DNA of 64,000 nucleotides from a virus (lineage: Duplodnaviria > Heunggongvirae > Uroviricota > Caudoviricetes), in IMG/VR virus record IMGVR_UViG_3300027777_000022. The stretch is one strand, 5' to 3'. Made by a program: the position numbers and the translations under genes. The notes under the pieces are model-generated. The model was not told the origin of the DNA. It did no database searches and saw nothing but the letters and a program-made list of their open reading frames with translations. Positions 43,039-51,811 of the stretch are shown piece after piece. Numbering within the stretch: position 1 is the stretch's first letter; each line of letters opens with the position of its first letter.

Positions 43039-44314
43039 TACCTTATGTTTGGCACCGTGGACGCACACGTACCTTTCCCCACAGACTGAAAGGCGTATGT
43101 GTTGCGCCAGCCGAGAACCTGCGCAGAATTTTACACAGTACATAGACACTCAATCTGGAACAGGTACTTACATACCTATCACATTGGCTCAGCATTGGAA
43201 CAGTGACCACATGAAGTCGGTGCGTAGACGTATGATAGCAGGTGAAACACTGTCTGAGTGCGAAGTATGCAACGATCAACTGTTGAATACAGATGTATAT
43301 CGCACGTATTTTTGGCATTTATTCCAACATAAATATTCTGAACTGATGTCTAACACACATGATGATGGTTCTTGTGATGTATTACCAGTTAGCTGGGATT
43401 ATAGATTTAGCAATTTGTGTAATTTTAAATGTAGAACATGCGGCGATATGTTAAGCAGCGCCTGGGAGTCAGAGCAAAAAACTCACAATATGGTCAACTG
43501 GGCAGATTCCAAAAACAATTGGATGCAGCCCGCAGTACGTGAACAAATTTCCCAATTCCAAGACAGTCAAATTGAACAAGAGTTTTCAGACGCTGTGGAA
43601 CAGCATCGAGTTGAAGAAGTATATTGGGTCGGCGGCGAACCATTGATGTATGAACAACATTGGCGCTACATGCAACGCATAATTGAATTGGGAGATGGGA
43701 GCAAAGTATATGCTAGATATAATACTAACTTGTCCAGAGTTGAGTATCGTGGGATTAATCTCTATCGCGACATTCTTCCTGGGCTTAGGGATTGGCAGAT
43801 ATGTGCAAGTCTCGACGGCACAGGCCCAATTGGCGAGTACATTAGAACAGGTCTTGACTACAATAAATGGCTTGAGAACTTTCGTGGAGCAGTTGCAATA
43901 CAACGTCATGCTCGACAAGTTAGAATTGACTTTACGCTCACTCTGCCCGGAATGTTTGAAGTTGGCCGAATTACAGAACTTGCCAAACAACAGGGAGTAG
44001 ATATCCTTGCTAAAGTTATTTTTTCATTCTCTCCAAACATTGTGATGAGTCCATTGGCATTGCCTAGACATATATTGCATCCGTGGTTAGACGAATTGAT
44101 AAACAATACGTCGGGTGCCATGCAGGCTGTTCTAATACAGTTAAAGAATCGTCCTACATTTGAAGAACAATGGCCCAATGAATATCAACAAGGATTTACC
44201 AAAGGCCGAGCACGTATTCTACAACTAGAACAGATAAGAACACAATCAATCACAATGTCCAATATCCTGGCAGCAAGACCTGATGTATTAAAATGGTGGA
44301 TGAATAATGCTTAA
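43025..44314 (+). CDS. Radical SAM protein with N-terminal SPASM/twitch-like domain
   Basis: CNFKCRTC; VGGEPL; LCLAPW, RMCC, ECEVC. Confidence 0.9.
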   Translation: MQKPDTLCLAPWTHTYLSPQTERRMCCASREPAQNFTQYIDTQSGTGTYIPITLAQHWNSDHMKSVRRRMIAGETLSECEVCNDQLLNTDVYRTYFWHLFQHKYSELMSNTHDDGSCDVLPVSWDYRFSNLCNFKCRTCGDMLSSAWESEQKTHNMVNWADSKNNWMQPAVREQISQFQDSQIEQEFSDAVEQHRVEEVYWVGGEPLMYEQHWRYMQRIIELGDGSKVYARYNTNLSRVEYRGINLYRDILPGLRDWQICASLDGTGPIGEYIRTGLDYNKWLENFRGAVAIQRHARQVRIDFTLTLPGMFEVGRITELAKQQGVDILAKVIFSFSPNIVMSPLALPRHILHPWLDELINNTSGAMQAVLIQLKNRPTFEEQWPNEYQQGFTKGRARILQLEQIRTQSITMSNILAARPDVLKWWMNNA

Positions 44315-45347
44315 CAACTCAATTGAAATGGATCTGCGCGGTGTGCATGATCAGTTGCTTACAGTTTATATCGATGTGTACGATAACAGTCTTGCACGTA
44401 AATGGATGACCGCACTTAATCAGTTGATCTGTGCAGACTATCATTTGGAAAAAAACTACTGTTGGCTAGGGTGGACCGAAAGTGCTCGGACATTGGAATA
44501 TTTGTGTACCCAAATCAATCGCAGTATTGATGCTGTCAATGCAGCAGGGCTAGGATACACCATAAACGATTCTTTCAGTCCAACTGACACAATGACCCAG
44601 GATAACAGAGTTAATCATGCACATATGAATCAACTTCACAGATACTTTGAAGATTTGCAAGGAGTATCAGGGGCAATGAGTCCGTATTACACCGCAGCCG
44701 ACGATCGCACTAGGTGGCATATAAGACAACTAAACCTACTGTGTCATGAACTTGAAAGTTTGGTATTGAGCATACGTAAATTACTCAGAGCACCAGAATG
44801 GCGCCGCCCATCACAGCTAATGTGTTGGTTACAAGCACCTAGATTTGCACTTGATGTTGAAGACTACAATTTGTTTGGAATTGATTCAATAAATCGTCAG
44901 CTGGGTGGAATATATGTAGGAGTAAATAAAGCAGTTGGCAAGCACCATTGGGAAGTGTTCAACGATGAAGGGAGAGATAGTCGTGTGTCTGAATTAGTTA
45001 CAACTACATTGCGATCACAAACTGAAGCAGCAGGAGACTTTGATATTGAATGGGCAAATGATCCTGGATCGTTTCCTTGGCAGATTCAAACTCTTAACGA
45101 ATTTAGAACCTGGTTAATAAAGAATGGGTTTGATCCAGAGGACAAATCATTGACCATTGGCCATCCTAAGGTGGCTCAAGTGGATCTATTGCGAACATTT
45201 GGTACCACAGACTATCGGGTGATATGGGCACAGTTAGCACAATACTTAGATGTATATAAAATACGCACTTGTGATGGTGAAGCTACATACAAGTATCGCT
45301 GGAGTGATACAGACTATGAACAACAACAAATAAGGAAATTAAAATGA
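44307..45347 (+). CDS. Hypothetical protein (346 aa)
   Basis: ORF track; overlap-coupled; no family recognised. Confidence 0.8.
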   Translation: MLNNSIEMDLRGVHDQLLTVYIDVYDNSLARKWMTALNQLICADYHLEKNYCWLGWTESARTLEYLCTQINRSIDAVNAAGLGYTINDSFSPTDTMTQDNRVNHAHMNQLHRYFEDLQGVSGAMSPYYTAADDRTRWHIRQLNLLCHELESLVLSIRKLLRAPEWRRPSQLMCWLQAPRFALDVEDYNLFGIDSINRQLGGIYVGVNKAVGKHHWEVFNDEGRDSRVSELVTTTLRSQTEAAGDFDIEWANDPGSFPWQIQTLNEFRTWLIKNGFDPEDKSLTIGHPKVAQVDLLRTFGTTDYRVIWAQLAQYLDVYKIRTCDGEATYKYRWSDTDYEQQQIRKLK

Positions 45348-45445
45348 ACTGGATTCGACGACTTTGGGCAAAAATTACTCTAGAAATTCGCTATCGTAAA
45401 AAGTTAAAAGAACTACGCAAGCGTGATCCTTTCATCTACAAATGA
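45344..45445 (+). CDS. 33-aa basic peptide missing from the ORF track
   Basis: MNWIRRLWAKITLEIRYRKKLKELRKRDPFIYK*; ATGA overlaps at both ends exactly fill the gap. Confidence 0.75.
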   Translation: MNWIRRLWAKITLEIRYRKKLKELRKRDPFIYK

Positions 45446-46923
45446 ATTACATAGGAATATCTGCTGGGTTCCATGATGCTGCTATCAGCGTGGTCAACAA
45501 CTCTGGCAATATTTTATTTGCAGCACACAGCGAACGCTACAGCAAAAACAAGCACGACAAGGATATATGTTCAGAGTTATTGGCTGATGCATTAGCTTAT
45601 GTAGAGTCAGACTGGATTGAATACCATTATTACGAACGTCCCTGGGTCAAAGCCTTTAGACAACTGCGTAGTGGCGAGGGATTCCAATGGCCTAGCTGGG
45701 ATCGATTATTAGGCAATACATATAATCACATGGGCAGGCCTCGTGTGCATACACATGGTCATCATCTGTGTCATGCAGCAGCAGGATTTCAAACCAGCTC
45801 ATTCAATGATGCCACAGTGGTTGTGATTGATGCCATTGGTGAGTTCGACACTGTGACCATATGGGATGCCGTGTACAATGATCACACCGGCCGGGCTGAA
45901 TATAACAAGTTGTGGGGTCAGAAGTATCCACACAGTATCGGATTATTTTATTCTGCAATGACTCAACGTGTGGGTCTACGTCCATTGGATGAAGAATATA
46001 TTCTCATGGGCATGGCTGCATATGGGAAACCACGGTATCTTAGAGAGATGCAACAGCAATTGTTAAATTCAAAAGACAATTCTCAGTTTGTGCAAAATTT
46101 GCACATTGGCATTGATGATAACTTCTTGCCTGATGCAGATATAATGGACATTGCCTGTAGCGCACAACTCCTGGTAGAGCAATTGATACAAAATATTATC
46201 AGTCGTGCCAGAATGATAGGACACAGTCGTAATCTGGTTTACGGAGGTGGAGTGGCGTTGAACTGTGTGGCCAACAGCACCCTGGGGGCATATTATGAAA
46301 ACATCTGGATCATGCCCAATCCTGGCGACGCAGGCAATAGTCTTGGTGCAGCAGCTCTTGGAATGGGCGGTCATCTCGGGTGGGATACTGCTTTTCTTGG
46401 GCATGACATTGCTGGTGAGTATCCTGTTAACAGTATACTTGATGGTCTACTCACTGATCGTATTATTGGTGTTGCATCAGGGCGTGCAGAATTTGGACCA
46501 AGAGCATTAGGCAATAGGAGTCTACTGGCTGATCCACGAGGATGTTCAATCAAGAACAAAGTAAACGAAATCAAACGACGGCAAAAGTTTAGACCATTTG
46601 CACCAGTTATTCTCGAAGAATATGTTGATCAATATTTTGATATGCCTAGACATTGGAGCAACAGCAGATACATGCAAGTGGTAGCCACTTGTAGACATCC
46701 AGAATTATTTCCTGCTATTGTTCATCATGACGGCACTAGTCGTGTACAAACAGTTCCAGCAGATGGGTCAGGAATACGAGCTCTGCTAGAAAAATGGCAT
46801 TTCATGACTGGGTGCCCTATGCTATTAAATACCAGTTTGAACATACGTGGTGAACCCATGGTAAATGATCGAACAGATGCTGATAGATTTCAGCAGTTGT
46901 ATGGCATTACTGTTTGTAGTTGA
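45442..46923 (+). CDS. O-carbamoyltransferase (NodU/CmcH/TobZ family)
   Basis: GFHDAA, SERYSK, HHLCHAA, YILMGMAAYG, GGVALNC, GRAEFGPRALGNRS, FRPFAP, LLNTSLN. Confidence 0.93.
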   Translation: MNYIGISAGFHDAAISVVNNSGNILFAAHSERYSKNKHDKDICSELLADALAYVESDWIEYHYYERPWVKAFRQLRSGEGFQWPSWDRLLGNTYNHMGRPRVHTHGHHLCHAAAGFQTSSFNDATVVVIDAIGEFDTVTIWDAVYNDHTGRAEYNKLWGQKYPHSIGLFYSAMTQRVGLRPLDEEYILMGMAAYGKPRYLREMQQQLLNSKDNSQFVQNLHIGIDDNFLPDADIMDIACSAQLLVEQLIQNIISRARMIGHSRNLVYGGGVALNCVANSTLGAYYENIWIMPNPGDAGNSLGAAALGMGGHLGWDTAFLGHDIAGEYPVNSILDGLLTDRIIGVASGRAEFGPRALGNRSLLADPRGCSIKNKVNEIKRRQKFRPFAPVILEEYVDQYFDMPRHWSNSRYMQVVATCRHPELFPAIVHHDGTSRVQTVPADGSGIRALLEKWHFMTGCPMLLNTSLNIRGEPMVNDRTDADRFQQLYGITVCS

Positions 46924-48094
46924 TACGATCCACCACAGCTTGTAATCGATGACCCATGCCGTTAAGGAAAACTTGAGAATTGTGTTGTATCTCAGGTGCA
47001 AGATCTTGATACAATTGATGTAAATTATCCTGACCAGACTGTATCAATGATTTTGTAAGGTCAAGTACTGATTCAAATCGATCTTGATTGTTGGTAATTG
47101 TATCGTAGCTTTCATCCATAAAACGACCAAAAGTTTTATATCCTAGATCACGCAGGTGGCGGAGATGATCTACAGAACTCACTGCCACAAAGAATTGATT
47201 GTTGAATATGGGTTTGAAAGTTTTTTCCGTAACAAATTGTCCACCAGAGTTGTCAACATCAATCATGGTTTCCAACACAATGTTGAAATAACTGTCGATA
47301 TACAAGTTGGTCATATTCAAGTCATAGGTATTATGTGCATGGGTATCTAGATTGTCCACACGGAACGGCCCGGCCGCAATAAATTGATCTATCCTGGGTT
47401 GGCATTTGGCTAGATAACTATTGCTCAAGGCACACCCATGATAGTCGTCTTCGCTGCCCAAAAGATGTTGCGTATAACTAAAATACCCGTGGTGGTGCAG
47501 ACCATGACTCCAAAGATCGCTCATGAATGTTTTCCGCCATAGTTTGTCTATCCTGCACAGTCCAGTATAGGCATGTGATCTTGGATTGAGATGATACCTA
47601 GCTCCGGCATTTCTATCCACGGTTCGCCAGTACATGAATTCTAGTTCAGGCCAATATATGGTATTATGATATTGATCAGCAGTGGTATTTCCAGATATCA
47701 GCCATACCACGTTGGGATCAATACCATGCTGATTGCACAACCAGTCCAGTCGATTTCGTATGTGTCCAGGATGGTCGCCTTCGTGATAGGTAAAAATCAA
47801 TTTGAATTCTTTTCTTTTGATTCTTTCAAGCCCTTCAACAGAGATCATGTCAATATAATCTTGATCAAAATCAAACCATCCCAATACCATTGGGTACCAG
47901 GACCCTACTGGAGCATCTGTGGTGCGCCCCACTTGTACAGGTATTTTGCAGTCACGTAGATAGTAGATCAGTCGGGGAAAATCCAGTCGTTTTCCATCCA
48001 AGAAATCAAGCTGATTATGAAGTTCTACTGGTATACCATTGGGCATAGGTCTACTGGTAACCGGATGTATATGATCAACAGCAACAAAAATCAT
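46907..48094 (-). CDS. GT-B-like putative glycosyltransferase (inverted orientation)
   Basis: FNIVLETM...TEKTFKPI...LRDLGYKTF-x2-FMDESYD...IQHN; ATG 48094 overlaps the upstream stop. Confidence 0.55.
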   Translation of the reverse strand: MIFVAVDHIHPVTSRPMPNGIPVELHNQLDFLDGKRLDFPRLIYYLRDCKIPVQVGRTTDAPVGSWYPMVLGWFDFDQDYIDMISVEGLERIKRKEFKLIFTYHEGDHPGHIRNRLDWLCNQHGIDPNVVWLISGNTTADQYHNTIYWPELEFMYWRTVDRNAGARYHLNPRSHAYTGLCRIDKLWRKTFMSDLWSHGLHHHGYFSYTQHLLGSEDDYHGCALSNSYLAKCQPRIDQFIAAGPFRVDNLDTHAHNTYDLNMTNLYIDSYFNIVLETMIDVDNSGGQFVTEKTFKPIFNNQFFVAVSSVDHLRHLRDLGYKTFGRFMDESYDTITNNQDRFESVLDLTKSLIQSGQDNLHQLYQDLAPEIQHNSQVFLNGMGHRLQAVVDRINYKQ

Positions 48095-49218
48095 TGTGAT
48101 ACATGTGTTTTGATTGATTGTAACATACAGTTGAGTTCTTTCCACAGTACCGATTCAAGGCCACCATGATAAAACCAATTCCAGTTATGTTCAATCACAG
48201 GCCAGCAGGCTTGAAATAGTTCTTGCTTTTTTTGTTCCGAAAGATTATCCAGTTGCTTTAACACAGAGGCTACTTTTTCGGCTCGAGTAAAATCATCAGT
48301 CTCAAGATCATAACTCTCGTCCCAGAAGTCTCCAAAGGTCTGGAACCCATATCTGCGTAAGTATGCTAGACTACCGGCTGTGGCGGTGAGTATAAACGGC
48401 ATACCCAAAGCAATGGGTTTAAATGATTTTTCAGTAAGATGCAATCTGCGTCCAGTGTACACAGTTTCTGTCACATGATACACTAGACTTTCTGCACATG
48501 GCTCAAACTGATCTAACCAACAACTGCTCATTTTGGCATGATCTTCTCCAGGAAAAAATCTAGGTAGATCTAATTCATTGATCACATCCGCAATATCAGA
48601 ATATTGGGTTTGATATTGTTTGGCAATTTCCTCAATGGAAATATTCTCTGCTGGACAGACTGAACTGGCACTGATCCAGTTATGCATGAGATCTAGTTTT
48701 GCAAAATGATACAACATCAACACACGATGTTGACGCAATCCGCCAATGATTCGATTGGCGCTAAAGAAAGTTTTTTGTATCCTACGTTGTGTCCAAGGTG
48801 TGATCAAGAAAGTTCGATTGTATCCACGATACCAATCTAGTGCAGCCCATCCATGAAAGAAGTAATAAAAAGGTTGCAAGTTTCTCTGTTTACATATATA
48901 ATCTATATTGTTGCTGTCAGCCTCACTGGTTATAATGATACCTGGTTTTCTGTCTGTACTGCGTTTTTCTCGATTGAATCTACTATTTCTCTGATCAATG
49001 CTGTCAAATGTTTTTGAATGATAATCTAAAATCAAAGGCTCTTGGTCAAAGAAATAAATGAAACTGGTTTCTTTTTCAGAATCTATATGGCTCCTGCAAA
49101 AAATGCTGTCCGGATCACTATGGCCAAACGGATCATGATAATAAAGAGCAGTTGTGGGCAAGTTATTTTTTACCCAAGGCAAAAATGTATTTTCGTAAAT
49201 CTCGTCTATTCTAATCAT
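48091..49218 (-). CDS. GT-B-like putative glycosyltransferase (inverted orientation)
   Basis: HVTETVY...TEKSFKPIALGMPFI...LRRYGFQTF-x2-FWDESYD...IEHN. Confidence 0.55.
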   Translation of the reverse strand: MIRIDEIYENTFLPWVKNNLPTTALYYHDPFGHSDPDSIFCRSHIDSEKETSFIYFFDQEPLILDYHSKTFDSIDQRNSRFNREKRSTDRKPGIIITSEADSNNIDYICKQRNLQPFYYFFHGWAALDWYRGYNRTFLITPWTQRRIQKTFFSANRIIGGLRQHRVLMLYHFAKLDLMHNWISASSVCPAENISIEEIAKQYQTQYSDIADVINELDLPRFFPGEDHAKMSSCWLDQFEPCAESLVYHVTETVYTGRRLHLTEKSFKPIALGMPFILTATAGSLAYLRRYGFQTFGDFWDESYDLETDDFTRAEKVASVLKQLDNLSEQKKQELFQACWPVIEHNWNWFYHGGLESVLWKELNCMLQSIKTHVSQ

Positions 49219-51811
49219 GTTTGATGTATTTTATATTGGAACCAAGCCGGATCTGTTTGCACACGAGCAACAGGTTGAAAACATTGAGCAAGCACAGCAA
49301 CAGTCACGAACAAGATTCTTTTGGGTGGTCTCATACTTAGTGGATTACTCAGGGTTTGATTTCCTTTTTGAACCTGTACCGTGGCAACGTGAGTTTACGC
49401 ACGCATGGCCTAGTCAGCACCATGAATATTCGGGCACATATCTTGTGCCAAAAACTGGTAAAATAAAATACCATTTCCATAGCAACATTGTACCAAATAA
49501 GAGTCTTCCAGAGGCAGTTGATATCTTGGTAGAACATGCGGATTTTGATTGCACATGGGCACCCCATCCACATGATCCTCCTTACATATATGTGTTTGGT
49601 AATCAATGGTGGCCAGCAAACATAATGCCTACTGTAGAATATCGTGTTCCTGGTGCCACCAAACACAAATACATGGATCTACCTCGTGCCACGTTGACAG
49701 AAAAACACAACAGTCATTGGCACACATTGGTAGATTGTGAATGGGATTACAGTTGGTGCCCGGACCCAGGCGATCCGCCTTACATATATGTGTTTGGCAA
49801 TCAGTGGTGGTCAGCTGAAAAAATGTCCACAGTAGAATATCATGTGTTAGGTGCAACTGAACGAAAATACATGCATTGGCCACGGGCAAAGTTACTTTCC
49901 AACATTACTCATTGGACTGTGCCCGATACAATTGACTTAGCCACTGTGGACTATTCTTGGATTCCTGATCCAGGAGATCCAGCTTACATCTATCAATTTG
50001 GTACACAACATCAGCGCACAGGCGGTCCTGTTTACACTGTACCCGGTGCTACTGAAATAAAATATGTATCAACATTGAAAATAAACAAAATTTCGATTGA
50101 TGATTGTTGGACAGTTCCGGAAAACATCAACAAAGATTCGTTTGATTGGACTTGGCATCCCAACAAAAACGATCCAGCTTACATCTATCAATTTGGTACA
50201 CAATGGAATCGTGCCGGCGGTCCTGTTTACACTGTACCCGGTGCCACAGAAATAAAATATGTCACCGGACAAACAGCCAAGATGTTGCCCACCAACAAAA
50301 ATTGGACCATACCCGACGGTGTTGATATCAATAGTTTTGATTTTTCCTGGACACCAGACGCTACTGAAACTCCTTACATATATCAGTTTGGAACACAACA
50401 TCAGCGCACAGGCGGTCCTGTTTACACTGTGCCTGGTGCCACTGAAATAAAATATGTAGAACAAATAAAAATTAAAGTGGATCCAAAGTCAGCTGTGATT
50501 GTAGAAATTGATCATTTAGATGGTAATACAGAACAAATTCCTAATACAGTAAAGACTGTTCGCTACTTTGACAACTATAGAGATACATTGATACGTATTG
50601 CCAAAAGTCTACAAGGACAATACGAGTTTGTATGGGTTTGCTCTAGTATCTGTGACTACACTGGATTTGACTTTAGTTGGCATCCTGAACAATGGCAAGC
50701 TAACATGCTGCATGTGTTTGCCAGCAATGACCAAAAATTTGGTGATACATTCTACATGCATGTTCCTAGTTTTGCCGAGTATGCAGAACGCAAGGAATTG
50801 CTAGAATGGTACGATTGTAACTTTGTTGACATATCAGTGCCACGTAGATACATGCCTGTGATAAAACACAATTTAGATAGTCATGTTGACGCAGTAAAAA
50901 CAATGACATGGTCTGGGCCAGTGGCACTATTTGTAGGTGGTGCAGAACCTCCTGTAACTTACCCTGCTGCGAATCTGTGGAGAGCAGAAACTAAAACTTT
51001 AATACCATTGGATCCAGGTGCCAATGCAGTGATAGTTCCACGTACAGCAGTGCCGGTTATAAAAACACAATTATACGATTACGCCTACATAGACAAAACA
51101 CAACGATCCACAACGCCTGCACAGCTTCAAGATGTAATTTTTATCTCCTATGACGAACCCGAAGCAGAGGGTAACTGGAAAAAATTACAAGATAAATGTC
51201 CAAGAGCAAAAAGAGTACATGGCATAGAAGGCATGGAGAATGCATTAGCAGCAGCAGCAGCATTAAGTTCAACTCCGTGGTATTTTTGTGTATTTGGAAA
51301 AACTGAACTGTATCCTGGATTTGATTTTACTTTCCAGCCTGATTACTTTCAACAACCTAAACACTATATCTTTTACAGCGAGAATCGTGTGAACAAGCTA
51401 GTGTATGGAGAGATGGCAGTTATCATGTATAATTGCAATCTCATACTTGACAATCGAGATCAAGAGTTTGGTCTCGATTACACACTGAGCTTTCCCCATG
51501 AAGTCATACCTCTCATCAGTACATATGGTAATTTCAACACCAGTCCGTATCATACTTGGAGAACTGCATTTAGAGAAGTTAGCAAACTCTATGACCAGCA
51601 GGAAAAATTACCATCTGTTGAAACTGAATATCGTATCAAAATATGGGAAACAGTAGCCAAAGGTGATTATGCAGAATGGGCGTTGACCGGAGCCAAAGAT
51701 GGAAGAGAGTTCTATAAGAAATACAAAGATGACTTTGCTTATAGAAAAAATAGTTTCAACTGGCAATGGCTAAGAAACTATTTCTCAACGCTTTATGGGG
51801 AAGTTAATTGA
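49217..51811 (+). CDS. Repeat-containing protein with C-terminal GT-A-like domain
   Basis: 864 aa; internal FD(F/W/Y)SW-x-P-x3-DP-x-YIY-x-FG repeats; C-domain DVIFISYDEP...RVHG...TWRTAFREV. Confidence 0.7.
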   Translation: MFDVFYIGTKPDLFAHEQQVENIEQAQQQSRTRFFWVVSYLVDYSGFDFLFEPVPWQREFTHAWPSQHHEYSGTYLVPKTGKIKYHFHSNIVPNKSLPEAVDILVEHADFDCTWAPHPHDPPYIYVFGNQWWPANIMPTVEYRVPGATKHKYMDLPRATLTEKHNSHWHTLVDCEWDYSWCPDPGDPPYIYVFGNQWWSAEKMSTVEYHVLGATERKYMHWPRAKLLSNITHWTVPDTIDLATVDYSWIPDPGDPAYIYQFGTQHQRTGGPVYTVPGATEIKYVSTLKINKISIDDCWTVPENINKDSFDWTWHPNKNDPAYIYQFGTQWNRAGGPVYTVPGATEIKYVTGQTAKMLPTNKNWTIPDGVDINSFDFSWTPDATETPYIYQFGTQHQRTGGPVYTVPGATEIKYVEQIKIKVDPKSAVIVEIDHLDGNTEQIPNTVKTVRYFDNYRDTLIRIAKSLQGQYEFVWVCSSICDYTGFDFSWHPEQWQANMLHVFASNDQKFGDTFYMHVPSFAEYAERKELLEWYDCNFVDISVPRRYMPVIKHNLDSHVDAVKTMTWSGPVALFVGGAEPPVTYPAANLWRAETKTLIPLDPGANAVIVPRTAVPVIKTQLYDYAYIDKTQRSTTPAQLQDVIFISYDEPEAEGNWKKLQDKCPRAKRVHGIEGMENALAAAAALSSTPWYFCVFGKTELYPGFDFTFQPDYFQQPKHYIFYSENRVNKLVYGEMAVIMYNCNLILDNRDQEFGLDYTLSFPHEVIPLISTYGNFNTSPYHTWRTAFREVSKLYDQQEKLPSVETEYRIKIWETVAKGDYAEWALTGAKDGREFYKKYKDDFAYRKNSFNWQWLRNYFSTLYGEVN
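49538..50458 (+). repeat. Five ~65-aa intragenic repeats with DNA-level identity blocks
   Basis: GGPVYTVPGATEIKYV x3 (ggcggtcctgtttacactgt x3); DPPYIYVFGNQWW x2. Confidence 0.9.

Noticed and set aside
36823-44314. Calling the five radical SAMs MoaA, NifB, QueE, PqqE or anaerobic sulfatase maturases
   Set aside because: Domain order (N-terminal Cys cluster) and missing pathway partners do not fit; only the superfamily is supported
46907-49218. Recombinase-driven invertible segment
   Set aside because: No inverted repeats seen at the boundaries and no invertase in the window; kept only as an orientation anomaly
49538-50458. Near-identical DNA blocks as a DGR template/variable repeat pair
   Set aside because: All copies are in frame within one gene, differences are not adenine-specific, and there is no reverse transcriptase in the window
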